Notes: a model not told the origin generated them from the sequence alone. Counted from the stretch's first letter, positions 45,965 to 55,967 are shown. The stretch: 64,000 nt of DNA from an uncultured Solirubrobacteraceae bacterium (GCA_963791405.1 CAWBSJ010000003.1:89193-153192), one strand, 5' to 3'. Program-made: numbers and translations.

Positions 45965-47356
45965 ATGCCGCCTCGTCGCCATCCCCTCGTCCTCCTCGCC
46001 GTCTGCACCGCGATCCTCCTCGACGCGCTCGACCTCTCGATCACCCAGGTCGCGCTGCCCGAGATCGGGCGCGCGCTCGACGTGTCCGCCGGCACGCTGG
46101 CGTGGATCCCGAACGGCTACGTGCTCTTCTACGGCGGGCTGCTGCTGCTCGGCGGCCGGCTCGCGGACCACTTCGGCCGGCGCCGGATCTTCGTCGCGGG
46201 GCTCGCGCTGTTCGGCGCGATGTCGGTGGTGTGCGGGCTCGCGACGTCGGCGCCGATGCTGATCGCGGCACGCGTGGCCCAGGGCGCGGGCGCCGCGCTG
46301 ACCGTCCCCGCGGCGGTTGCGATCATCGCCTCGACGTTCGCCGAGGGCGCCGAGCGCAACCGGGCGCTCGGGGTCTTCGGCGCGTGCGCGTCCGCCGGCT
46401 TCAGCGTCGGGCTCGTCCTCGGCGGGGTCCTCACCGACGCCCTCTCGTGGCGCTGGGTCTTCCTCGTGAAGGTCCCGCTCGTGCTCGTCGCGATCGTCGT
46501 CACGCTGCGCGCGGTCGACGGGACGCGGCCGGCCTCGCGCCCCGCCGGATACGACGCGCTCGGGGCGCTGTGCAGCGCCGGCGGCGTCCTGCTCGTGGCG
46601 CTCGCGGTCGCGCAGGCGGGCGAGCCGACGCTCGCGCCCGGCCTCGTCGCGGCGGCCGCGATCGCCGGCGCCGGGCTACTGGCCGCGTTCGTGCACGTCG
46701 AGCGCCGCACGGCCGCGCCGCTCCTGCCGCCGGACCTGCTCTCCGACCGCACGGTGCGCACCGCCGACCTCGCCTCGCTGACCGTGCTCGCCGCGCCGTT
46801 CGGCCTGGCCTACGTCGCCACGCTGTGGATGCAGCAGCTGCTCGGGTACAGCGCGCTCACGACCGGCCTCGCCCTGCTGCCGGGCGCCGCCCTCTCGATC
46901 GTCGTGTCGCGCTTCGGCGCGCCGTGGCTGCTGGCCCGGCTCGGGCTGCGGGTCACCGCGACGGGGGCGATGCTGGTCGTCGGCGCGGGGTTCCTCTTCC
47001 TCATGGGCATCGCGACGGAGCCGCGCTACCTCACGGTCCTGCTGCCCGCGAGCCTGGTGTGCTTCGGCCTCGGGATGGGCGCCGCGTACCCGGTCTACAC
47101 GATCGGCTCGGTGACGGGCGTCGACGAGGAGCGCCAGGGCGTCGCGTCCGGCGTCCAGAACACCGCGTTGCAGATCGGCGGCGGGATCGGGCTGGCGCTC
47201 GTGAGCTCGGTGGTCGCGGCGGCCGCGGGCGAGCGGCCCGATCCGGACGAGCTGGCGCACGCGCTGCGACTCGGCGCGATCGCGGGGGCCGCGCTGCCGC
47301 TCATCGGCGCCGCGGTCACCTGGATCGGGCTCGCCCCGCGCCGCCGGGCGCGGTGA
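45965..47356 (+). CDS. MFS transporter (DHA2/EmrB-QacA-like, 14 TM)
   Basis: Intact ORF with LLAVCTAILLDALDLSITQVALPEI, GGRLADHFGRRRIF (motif A-like) and many TM segments. ATG 45965 follows GAGGAA. Confidence 0.9.
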   Translation: MPPRRHPLVLLAVCTAILLDALDLSITQVALPEIGRALDVSAGTLAWIPNGYVLFYGGLLLLGGRLADHFGRRRIFVAGLALFGAMSVVCGLATSAPMLIAARVAQGAGAALTVPAAVAIIASTFAEGAERNRALGVFGACASAGFSVGLVLGGVLTDALSWRWVFLVKVPLVLVAIVVTLRAVDGTRPASRPAGYDALGALCSAGGVLLVALAVAQAGEPTLAPGLVAAAAIAGAGLLAAFVHVERRTAAPLLPPDLLSDRTVRTADLASLTVLAAPFGLAYVATLWMQQLLGYSALTTGLALLPGAALSIVVSRFGAPWLLARLGLRVTATGAMLVVGAGFLFLMGIATEPRYLTVLLPASLVCFGLGMGAAYPVYTIGSVTGVDEERQGVASGVQNTALQIGGGIGLALVSSVVAAAAGERPDPDELAHALRLGAIAGAALPLIGAAVTWIGLAPRRRAR

Positions 47357-47393
47357 CCTGGAAGGCGTCGGCCGCCGGGCACAGAGGCGATGC

Positions 47394-48311
47394 TCATCGC
47401 ATCGACTTGAGCACCGCCTTGAAGTCCGCGACCGGCCCGAGGTGCGCGAGCTTGTCGGGGTTGACGACCGATCGAATGCCGGTGATCTCGCCGTCGACGA
47501 CCTCGAGCGCCACCACGGCGATGAGCCGCTCCTCGGCGTCGCGATAGAGCACGCCCGCGCCGCCGTTGACCTCGGCGGGCCGCATCGACACGCCCGGCGC
47601 GCGGGCGGCCAGGCGGAGCCAGTTCGCCAGCGCGTGCGCCACGCGGCTGCGCCCGCGCAGGGTCCGCGCGAGCGCGGGGACCTTGCCGCCGCCGTCGCCG
47701 GTCAGCTCCACGTCGTGCGCGAGCAGCGCCTCGAGCCCCGCCAGGTCACCCTGCTCGGCCGCCGCGATGAACCGGCGGGCCAGCTCGTCGCGCTGCTCGC
47801 GCGTCGTCCGGAAGCGGGGCCGGCGCTGCTCGACGTGGCGCCGCGCCCGGGTGGCGAGCTGGCGCACGTTGTCCTCGCTCTTGCCGACGATCGCCGCGAT
47901 CTCGGGATACCCGTAGTCGAACACGTCGCGCAGCAGCAGCACGGCGCGCTGCTCGGGCGAGAGGCTCTCGAGCAGCACCAGCATCGCCACCGACAGCGAG
48001 TCGGCCAGCTCCGCCTGGTACGCGGGGTCGTCGTCCCCGCCGGTGATGATCGGCTCCGGCAGCCATTCGCCGACGTAGCGCTCCCGGCGGGCGCGTGCGG
48101 AGCGCAGCTCGTTGATCGCCAGCCGGGTGGTCACCGTGGAGACGAACGCGCGCGGCGAGGCGATCCGCTCCCCGGCGTCGAGCGCCCGATGGACCCGCAG
48201 CAGCGCCTCCTGCGTCACGTCCTCGGCCTCGGCCACGCGGCCGAGCATCCGGTAGGCGAGCCCGAACGCCAGCGGCCGCAGCTCGTCGAGGAGCTCCTCG
48301 CGCTCGGTCAT
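47394..48311 (-). CDS. ECF41/SigJ-type sigma factor with C-terminal SnoaL-like extension
   Basis: MTEREELLDELRPLAFGLAYRMLGRVAEAEDVTQEALLRV..., LSPEQRAVLLLRDVFDYGYPEIAAIVGKSEDNVRQLATRARRHV, then a ~110-aa extension (FIAAAEQGDLAGLEALLAHDVELTGDGGG...). Confidence 0.85.
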   Translation of the reverse strand: MTEREELLDELRPLAFGLAYRMLGRVAEAEDVTQEALLRVHRALDAGERIASPRAFVSTVTTRLAINELRSARARRERYVGEWLPEPIITGGDDDPAYQAELADSLSVAMLVLLESLSPEQRAVLLLRDVFDYGYPEIAAIVGKSEDNVRQLATRARRHVEQRRPRFRTTREQRDELARRFIAAAEQGDLAGLEALLAHDVELTGDGGGKVPALARTLRGRSRVAHALANWLRLAARAPGVSMRPAEVNGGAGVLYRDAEERLIAVVALEVVDGEITGIRSVVNPDKLAHLGPVADFKAVLKSMR

Positions 48312-49238
48312 GCCGCCGAGCCCCTGGCGCCAGCTCGGGTGGGCGGGGCGCCACGCCAGCTCGCGCTTGGCCTTGGCGTTGGAGGCGCCGCGCAGCTCGG
48401 TCATCAGCACGACGCCGAACTCGCCCGCGAACAGCCGGCCGACGAAGCGCGGCACGCGCATGGGCCGCTTGGCCCCGAGCTGCCCGGCCAGCACCGGCAG
48501 CCACTCGGCCACCGCGGCGGGGTCGTCGTCGACGACGTTGTAGATCCCGCGGCCGCCGCGCTCGATCGCCGCCAGCGTCGCGTCCGCGGCGTCGGCGACG
48601 TGGATGAACGACCACACGCCGCCACCGTCGCCCACCAGCGGGAACCTGCGCTTCCGGACCAGCTCGTAGGTCTCCTCGCCCGGGGCCATCGAGGTGCCCG
48701 GACCGTAGAACCAGCCGTAGCGGAGCGCGATGCCCTCGGTCCACGTCGCGCCGAGCACGGCCTGCTCGAGGTGGCCGATCGCCGCGACGTTCGCGCCCAT
48801 GATCCCGGAGGGCGCGGGGTCGAGCGGGTCCTCCTCGCTCTTGACCGCCGCGCCCGTGCGCGGGTAGGCGCCGATGTTGCTCTGCGCGACGAAGCGCCGC
48901 ACGCCCACGGCCTGGCCGGCCGAGAGCAGATGGTCGGTGCCCTCGATCCGCAGCCGGTTGGTCAGCTCGAAGGCGCGATCGGGATGGCGCATGTCCGGCG
49001 TCTCGGGGATCGCGGTCAGCTGATGGACGATCACGTCCGGCCGCGCGGTGGCCACCGCCTCGGCGACCTGGTCGGGGTCGAGCGCGTCCGCGACCACGGG
49101 CACGGCGCCGAGCTCCGACAGCAGCGCGCGCTTCGACGCGCTGCGCGTCATGCCGTGGACCTCATGGCCCGCGGCCACCAGCCGCGGGACCAGCTGCCTG
49201 CCGATCGCTCCCGACGCACCTGCCACGAACACTCTCAT
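48312..49238 (-). CDS. NAD(P)-binding SDR/epimerase family protein; no stop before the sigma gene in this sequence
   Basis: MRVFVAGASGAIGRQLVPRLVAAGHEVHGMTRS (Rossmann) ... ASNAKAKRELAWRPAHPSWRQG. It is continuous in frame with the sigma factor (ORF 47394..49268). Confidence 0.85.
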
Positions 49239-49318
49239 CGTCATCACCTCGGTCTCGGATGCCTGCACCGATCAAGACGCGACGGCCGCCCCGGCTGTGA
49301 CACCTCCCCTATCATCGG

Positions 49319-49409
49319 ATGACCATGACCGAGCCGCTGCACAGCATCACCTGCGCCACCCCGGCGCCGCGCGCGGCTTCGTGGTGGGCCTGCCGCTAGC
49401 CGGCAGGCC
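49319..49409 (+). promoter_or_regulatory. candidate trpS leader peptide (tandem Trp codons) plus hairpin
   Basis: ORF ATG 49319..TAG 49399 encodes MTMTEPLHSITCATPAPRAASWWACR, with TGG TGG at 49382-49387. Hairpin GGCCTGCCG-ctagc-CGGCAGGCC at 49387..49409. A second hairpin lies at 49423..49451, and AGGAG precedes trpS ATG 49518. Confidence 0.45.
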
Positions 49410-49517
49410 GTTCCCAGACCTTCCGGCCCGACCCCCTCCCGACGGGGCCGGCCACCGCGCGCCCACGGTGACCTCCGACGCCCCGGTTCCCCGACCCGGG
49501 CGCGCAGGAGATCCCCG

Positions 49518-50538
49518 ATGACCGCCACCACCACCGACCACCGCATCGCGACGCTCACCGGCATCCAGCCGACCGGCGAGCTGCACCTCGGCAACTTCGC
49601 CGGTGCGATCCGGCCCCTGGCCCGGCTCGCCGCGGACGAGCGCCGCGACGTCTACGTGTTCGTCGCCGACCTGCACGCGCTCAACGGCCGTCCCGATCCC
49701 GCCGTGCTGGCCGACCGCACGCAGCGGCTCGCCGCCACGCTGCTCGCCTGCGGGCTCGAGCGGCCCAACGTGCACCTGTACCGCCAGAGCCGCGTGCCCG
49801 CGATCGCGCGGCTGGCGGCGCTGCTCGCCGCCGTGACCTCGAAGGGCCTGCTGAACCGCGCGCACGCCTACAAGGCGGCCGTCGCCGCGAACGCCGCGGC
49901 GGGCCGGGATCCCGACCACGGCGTCAACATGGGCCTGTACGGCTACCCGCTCCTGATGGCCGCCGACATCCTCTGCCTCGACGCCGACGAGGTGCCCGTC
50001 GGGGCCGACCAGGCGCAGCACCTGGAGATCGCCGTCGACCTGGCGCAGCAGTTCGCCCGCACGTACGCGCGACCCGCGCTGCGGGAGCCGCGGGCGCTCA
50101 TCCCCGAGCGCGTCGCGACGCTGCCCGGGCTGGACGGCCGCAAGATGAGCAAGTCGGCCGGCAACACCATCCCGCTCATGGCGGATCCCGGACGTCATCC
50201 GGGGCACGATCCGGCGCATCGTCACCGACTCGACGCCGCCCGCGGCGCCGAAGGACCCCGACACGTGCACCGTGGTCGCCCTCCTCCGCGCGTTCGGCCC
50301 CGCCGCGGTCGTCGAGGAGGTCGAGGCGCGATACCGCGCCGGGGGGATCGGCTACGGCGAGGCGAAGGCGCTGCTCGCGGACGTCGTCGAGCAGGAGGTC
50401 GCCCCGCTGCGGCAGCGATACGAGTCGCTGCGCGCGGAGCCGGGCGTGCTCGAGGAGCGGCTCGCAGCGGGCGAGCAGCACGCCGCCCGGCGCGCCGACG
50501 CGGTGCTCGGCCGCGCGATGACGGCCATGGGGCTCTAG
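49518..50538 (+). CDS. trpS: tryptophan--tRNA ligase, one frameshift near 50185
   Basis: GIQPTGELHLGNFAG (HIGH-type), VFVADLHAL, GYPLLMAADIL, VGADQAQHLE and KMSKS, then after a shift VIRGTIRRIVTDS... and ORF 50272..50538. Confidence 0.9.
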
Positions 50539-50557
50539 CCCGCCGTAGGCTCCGCGC

Positions 50558-50941
50558 ATGGACGGGAGCCTCGTGCTGCGCCTCGACGTGGACCTCGCGC
50601 CGTCGGACCGCGGCGGCCGGCGCCGCGCGCTGGCCGACGGCTACCGCGCGTCGCTGTCGTTCGGCCGCCGCCGCCGCGACGTCGAGCCCGTCGTCCACGA
50701 TGCCGTGCTGGTGCTGGAGGACGCCGCGGAGCTCGCACCCGGCGCGAGCGCCACCGCTCGCGCGTGGGTCGTCTCGCCCGACGAGCTGCCGCGGGCGCTC
50801 GCCGCCGGCTCGGTGGTCACGCTGCTGGAGCACGACCGGATCGTCGGGCGCGCGCGGGTGCTCGAGCTGCTCGTCGATCCGACGCCGCTGCCGCTGCGCG
50901 ACCTGGCGGCGGCGAGGACGCGGCGCCTCGAGACGCCGTGA
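50558..50941 (+). CDS. hypothetical protein resembling a stand-alone EF-Tu domain-3-like beta-barrel (127 aa)
   Basis: Intact ORF. DGYRASLSFG...VVHDAVLVLEDAAELAPGASATARAWVVSPDELPRALAAGSVVTLLEHDRIVGRARVLELL is collinear with EF-Tu domain III (GYRPQFYF...V.LP...MV.PGD...V.L..P.A...G..FAIREGGRTVG.G.V) as I recall it. Confidence 0.5.
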   Translation: MDGSLVLRLDVDLAPSDRGGRRRALADGYRASLSFGRRRRDVEPVVHDAVLVLEDAAELAPGASATARAWVVSPDELPRALAAGSVVTLLEHDRIVGRARVLELLVDPTPLPLRDLAAARTRRLETP

Positions 50942-51501
50942 CGCGCCGCGGGCTGCGCGTGGGCATCGCCGATCACCTCGGCTGGGCGGTCGCGGTGACC
51001 GCGACCGACGACCACGCGGTCGTCGACCGCCGCCGGATCGACCTCGTCGAGCCCGGCGTGACCCAGGCGCCGATCCACTACGAGAGCGCGCGCCTCGACG
51101 TCCCCGCCACCGCGGCCCTGGTCGCCCGCGTCCGCGCCTCGGCGACGCGGGCGAGCGCGGCGGCGCTCGACGACCTAGCGGCCGAGCTGCCCGCGCCGGT
51201 CGGCTCGATCTCGCTCCGGCGCTGGCCGCCCGGCTTCCCGGACGACATCGCCGTCCAGCGCCGCGCCCCGCACGAGGCCCGGGCCGACGCCATCATGTAC
51301 CGCCGCCTGCTCGCCGAGCTCGCCCACGCACGGGGCTGGGAGGTCCACTGCTACGACGCCCGGCACGTCGAGGCGCAGGCGACCGACCGGCTCGGCGATC
51401 GGGCCGCCGAGGTCCTCCACGGACCCCGCGCCAGGCTCGGCCCGCCGTGGGCGAAGGACCACCGCGCCGCGCTCGCCGCGACCGTCGTCGCCGGGTCCTA
51501 G
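50938..51501 (+). CDS. hypothetical protein (187 aa), translationally coupled to the preceding gene
   Basis: GTG 50938 overlaps stop 50939-50941 (GTGA). VTRRGLRVGIADHLGWAVAVTATDDHAVVDRRRIDLV... No family recognised. Confidence 0.5.
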   Translation: MTRRGLRVGIADHLGWAVAVTATDDHAVVDRRRIDLVEPGVTQAPIHYESARLDVPATAALVARVRASATRASAAALDDLAAELPAPVGSISLRRWPPGFPDDIAVQRRAPHEARADAIMYRRLLAELAHARGWEVHCYDARHVEAQATDRLGDRAAEVLHGPRARLGPPWAKDHRAALAATVVAGS

Positions 51502-53463
51502 CCGACCGCGGCGCGCGCGGCCTGGAGCGCCGTGACGCCCTCGAGCGTCGCCTCCTCGGCGGTCCGCGGCCCGAGGACGTCGCCCGCGCGGGTCGCGCCC
51601 GGCCGGTCCTCGAGCGCCGCCCACAACTCGTCCTCGGGCTCGCGCCCGTGGGCGATGACGAGCGTCGCCATCGGCGGCAGCGGCCGCTCGCGGCCGCTGA
51701 ACAGGTGCCGCAGCCCGCGGCCGGTGACCTCGGTGTGGTGCTCGATCGCGATCCGGCGCTCGTCGAGCCGCGCCAGGTAGAGGTTGCGCTGGTACTGGTG
51801 CAGGGTGTCGCCCGGGCACGGGGCGGCGCAGGCGAGCGTGACCTCGCGGCCCTGCTCGGCGAGCGCCTCGGCGGCGTCGAGCCCCTCCCAGCCGCCGCCC
51901 CAGTCGGCCACGAGCACCGGGACCGTCGACCGCGGCGGGATTGGCGATCGCGGTCCAGGCGTCGAGCGTCGCGTGGTGGCCGACGCGGTCGCGCACGAAG
52001 GGCCGGTCGTCGTCGGCGTCGTGCGCCCATTCCGGCGCGTAGGGCCGGGCGCCGGTCGCGAGCACGACGACGTCGGCGTCGGCGTCGGCCGCCGCGATCT
52101 CGGTGCCGAGCCGGAGCTCGACGCTCGACCGCTCGAGCGCCCGCGTCGCGTTCGCGTGCCAGCGCCGCCAGAGCTCGCGGTGGGCGGGCGCGCGGCCGGC
52201 GAGCCGCAGCTGGCCGCCGACGTCGGCGCCGCGCTCGGCGAGCACGACCGCGTCGCCGTGCGCGGCCGCGCTCAGCGCCGCCGCCACCCCGGCCGGCCCG
52301 GCGCCGATCACGAGCACGCGCAGGGGGCGGTCCGGCCCCGCGCGGCGCGGCAGCGTCCGCTCGCGGCCCGTCCACGGGTTCACGACGCAGGCGATCGGGA
52401 GCCCCGCGTGGTAGTGGCCGATGCAGCCCTGGTTGCAGCCGATGCACGCGATCACCTCGCGCGTCGCGCCGTGGGCGGTCTTGCGCACGAGCTCGGGATC
52501 CGCGATCAGCGCGCGGGTCATCCCGACCGCGTCGGCGACGCCGTCCGCCACCAGCCGCTCGGCGGCGGCGACGTCGACCACCCGCGTCGTGCCGATCACG
52601 GGCACGTCGACGGCGTCCCGGACCACGCGCAGCGGCCCTTCGATCGCCGCCTCCGCAGCGGGCGGCGGCGGCGCGATCCAGCTCGACGCCGCCACGTACG
52701 CGGAGTGCCCGAGCGCGAACGAGGCGAAGTCGGCCAGCCCGGTGGCGCAGATCGCGCCCGCGATCTCGGCGCAGGCGGCGGCGTCGAGCCCGTCGGGGGT
52801 GAGCTCGTCGGCGGCGAGCCGGACGCCGACCGCGAGCTCCGGCCCCGCGGCGGCGCGCACCGCCTCGAGCACCTCCTCGGCGAAGCGCAGCCGCCCCGCC
52901 GCGGCGTCGTAGGCGTCCGCGCGGCGGTTCGAGCGCGGCGTGAAGAACTGGGCGACGAGGTAGCCGTGCGCCATCGAGATCTCGATCCCGTCGATCCCGC
53001 CCTCGCGGCAGTGCCGCGCGGCGGTCGCGTAGCCGTCGACCAGCGCGCGCAGCTCGCGCGCGGTCAGCGCCCGCGGCTCGCTCTTGAAGCGCGGCGACGG
53101 GACCGCCGACGGCGCCACGGCGGGCGCCCGCGGCGCGGCGGAGATCTGCTCCCGCCCGCCGTGGAAGAGCTGGACGAACAGCTGCGTCCCGTGCGCGTGG
53201 ACCGCCTCGGCGAGCCGCCGGTAGCCGGGCACGATCCCGGGCAGGAAGCCGCCGAGCGTGTGCGAGGTCAGCAGCCCGGTCGGGTCGACCGCCGTCGCCT
53301 CGACGAAGATCGCGCCGACGCCGCCCGCGGCGCGCGCCCGGTGGTAGGCGACCAGGTCCTCGGTCGGCAGGTGCTCGTGGACGAGGCTGGTCTGGTGCGA
53401 CGTCGAGACGACCCGGTTGGCCAGCGTGACGGGCCCGAGCGCGACCGGCGTGAGCAGCTGCAC
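51498..53463 (-). CDS. NADH:flavin oxidoreductase, 2,4-dienoyl-CoA-reductase-like (OYE TIM barrel + 4Fe-4S + FAD/NAD(P) domain), one frameshift near 51920
   Basis: LTPVALGPVTLANRVV, QLFHGGR, IEISMAHGYLVAQFF, ACIGCNQGCIGH and VLVIGAGPAGVAAA. The C-terminal part is in ORF 51498..51917. GTG 53463 is a tentative start. Confidence 0.85.
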
Positions 53464-53480
53464 CGGCGCACCGTACCCGC

Positions 53481-54906
53481 TCAGGCCGCGGGCAGCCCCA
53501 GCTTGCCCGGGTTCATGATCCCCGCCGGGTCGAGCGCCGCCTTGATCCGCGCGAGCGTCGCGTGCGCGGCGCCCCACTGGCGCGGGACGTACTGCGACAG
53601 CGTCGAGCCGACCCCGTGGTGGTCGTTCATCACGCCGCCCGCCTCGAGGATCGCGTTGATCGCCCGCGCCCCAGATCTCGTAGTAGAGCGCCAGCGGATC
53701 GTCCGCCCCGCTCGCGTCGGGGATCACGAAGCGCGGGTAGACCATCGAGCCCCACTCGTACCAGTGGCTGAGATGCGTCCGGAGCCGCAGGCCCTGCGAC
53801 TCGTACGGCTTCAGCGCGGCGCGGACCGCGTCGTAGACCGGGACGATCCGCTCGTACGGCGCCACGGCGTCGATCGTGCCCCACATCGACGGCAGCGTCG
53901 GGTAGTGCGGCGGGTGGTAGAAGTCGTAGCGGTGCTCCCACCAGGTGGCGCAGAGCTGCTGGTCGAGCCGGGAGCCGCCCGTCTCGGCGAGGAAGCCGAG
54001 CGCCGTCTCCGCCTCGGCGTCGGCGACGGCCTGCTCGCCCTCGAACATCAGCAGCGCGGTGGCGGACTCGAGCGCCTGGCCGACGACCGGTGAGAGGCTG
54101 CCCGCGGCCGCCTCGGCGTCGTAGAAGCGGATCACCGCGGGGCGCAGGCCGCGCTGCATGGTCGTGCGCAGGCCGACGATGCCGGCCTCGAGCGACGGCA
54201 GCGCGACGGTCTCGAAGCGCCGGTACGCGGGCAGCGGCACGAGCCGGACGGTGACCTGCGTGATCACGCCCAGCGTCCCCTCCGAGCCGACGAACAGCTG
54301 CGTGAGCTCGGGGCCGACGGCGTGGCGCGGGACGGGGATCGTGTCGATGATCTCGCCGGTCGGCGTGACCACCCGGACCGCGACGACCTGGTCCTCGATC
54401 TTGCCGTAGCGGGAGGAGAGCACCCCCGAGCCGCGCGCGGCGACGTAGCCGCCGACGCTCGCCCACTCGGCCGAGGCCGGGAAGTGCGGGAACGAGAGCC
54501 CGCGCTCGTTGAGCCGGCGCTCGAACTCCTTGCCGTTCATGCCGGCCTGGACCGTGGCGGTCAGCGAGACCTCGTCGATCTCGACGATCTCGTCCATCGC
54601 GGACACGTCGACGACGATGCCGCCCGCGTAGGGCACGGCGGCGCCCATCACGCCGGAGCCGCCGCCGCGCGGGACGACCGGGACGCCGTTCGCGGTGGCG
54701 AGCTTGAGCGTCGCCGCGACGTCCTCGTCGCTCGTCGCGCGCACGACGGCGTCCGGCAGCTTCGGCGTGCCCTGCTGCTCCGCGTACAGCGCCGGCCACG
54801 ACCAGTCCTTGGCGCAGCGCGCCCGCTCGCCGGCGTCCGTCGAGACGCCGGCGACCTGCTGCGAGAGGTCGTCGAGGAACGAGGCGGATGCGGTCGGTTG
54901 CGTCAC
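53481..54906 (-). CDS. FAD-linked oxidase (GlcD/alkyl-DHAP-synthase-like), frameshifted near the 3' end
   Basis: VVPRGGGSGVMGAAVP, VGGYVAARGSGVLSSRYGKIEDQV and LFVGSEGTLGVITQVTV. The C-terminus HHGVGSTLSQYV...IKAALDPAGIMNPGKLGLPAA is recovered in other frames, stop 53481-53483. Confidence 0.85.
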
Positions 54907-54969
54907 GGGTGCCTTTCGGAGAGGGTGCTGCGCAGGGGGCGCTGCATGGCCGCGCCTGAAAAGAGTAAT

Positions 54970-54992
54970 GTGATCTTGTGATACGACGTGAT
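54970..54992. promoter_or_regulatory. three direct GTGAT repeats in a low-GC divergent promoter
   Basis: GTGAT at 54970, 54978 and 54988 (aatGTGATcttGTGATacgacGTGATgg) between the FAD oxidase and creatininase-family genes. Possible operator, perhaps for the nearby DeoR regulator. Confidence 0.3.
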
Positions 54993-55051
54993 GGAGTCTT
55001 ATCAGTCTGAGGCGCTCGCCGCCTCATAAAGCGAGAAGGAGAACGAGAGGG

Positions 55052-55906
55052 TTGGAGCTTCCGACGTACAACCTCGGCGAGCTGTCGCCGGTCGATGTCC
55101 GCGCGTACCTCGAGGAGAAGGACGTGGTGATGATCCCCATCGCCTCGCTCGAGCAGCACGGGCCGCACCTGCCGCTCCTGACCGACACGATCCAGGCCGA
55201 GGAGGTCACGAAGCGCGCGGCCGAGCGGGCCCACGTGCTCTACACGCCGACGGTCTGGATGGGCTACTCCCCGCAGCACATGTACGACCCGGGCAGCGGC
55301 ACGGGCACGATCACGATCCGGCCGCACCTGCTCCTCGAGCTCTGGTACGACGTCGGCCGCTCGCTGATCCACCACGGCTTCAACAAGCTCGTCTTCGTCA
55401 ACAACCACGGCTCGAACGCGAAGATCGTCGAGCCGCTGCTGCGCCGGCTCCGCTACGACACCGGCGCGATGGTCGCGATGTCGCGGCTCTACGGCGAGCG
55501 CTACCTGGCGCTGATCGACGACATCATGGAGAACCCGCCCGAGGAGACCCCGGGCTGGCACTCGAGCGAGCTCGAGACCTCGCAGGTGATGGCGCACAAC
55601 GAGGCGCTCGTGCGGATGGACCGCGCGGTCGCCCAGGTGCCCGAGCGCCCGGACTCGATCCCCGACTCGTTCGTCAAGAACGACGGCGCGCCCGACGTCG
55701 CCTTCCAGGGTCACGAGTTCTTCCTCTTCGCCACGGACCACCAGGAGTTCACGCCGTCGGGCGTGATCGGCAACCCGTTCCGCTCGACCGCGGAGAAGGG
55801 CCAGCGGACCTACGACCGCTACGCCGAGCACCTGGCCGCCGCGCTGGGGGAGTTCGAGAAGCTCGAGGTCGAGGTCCACAACCGGGCCTGGCGTCAGATC
55901 GTCTGA
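55052..55906 (+). CDS. creatininase family amidohydrolase
   Basis: Intact 284-aa ORF (TTG start, GAAGGAG upstream). IPIASLEQHGPHLPLLTD, FVNNHGSN, GWHSSELETS and SGVIGNP are creatinine amidohydrolase family motifs. Confidence 0.85.
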   Translation: MELPTYNLGELSPVDVRAYLEEKDVVMIPIASLEQHGPHLPLLTDTIQAEEVTKRAAERAHVLYTPTVWMGYSPQHMYDPGSGTGTITIRPHLLLELWYDVGRSLIHHGFNKLVFVNNHGSNAKIVEPLLRRLRYDTGAMVAMSRLYGERYLALIDDIMENPPEETPGWHSSELETSQVMAHNEALVRMDRAVAQVPERPDSIPDSFVKNDGAPDVAFQGHEFFLFATDHQEFTPSGVIGNPFRSTAEKGQRTYDRYAEHLAAALGEFEKLEVEVHNRAWRQIV

Positions 55907-55967
55907 CCCGGATCCGTTATCAGCGAGTGAAGCGGCCGCACGGCCGACGAGGAGAAGGAGAGACGCC

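Noticed and set aside
49270-49517. A T-box riboswitch upstream of trpS (GTGGTGGG resembles part of the T-box GGUGG core).
   Set aside because: I cannot find a specifier-loop/stem I architecture or the full 14-nt T-box sequence, and the leader is too short. The short ORF with tandem Trp codons explains the same nucleotides better.
55052-55906. A mycofactocin system (the creatininase-family protein acting as MftE).
   Set aside because: No mftA precursor, radical-SAM mftC, mftB or glycosyltransferase mftF genes are nearby. The neighbours are an isomerase and a DeoR regulator.
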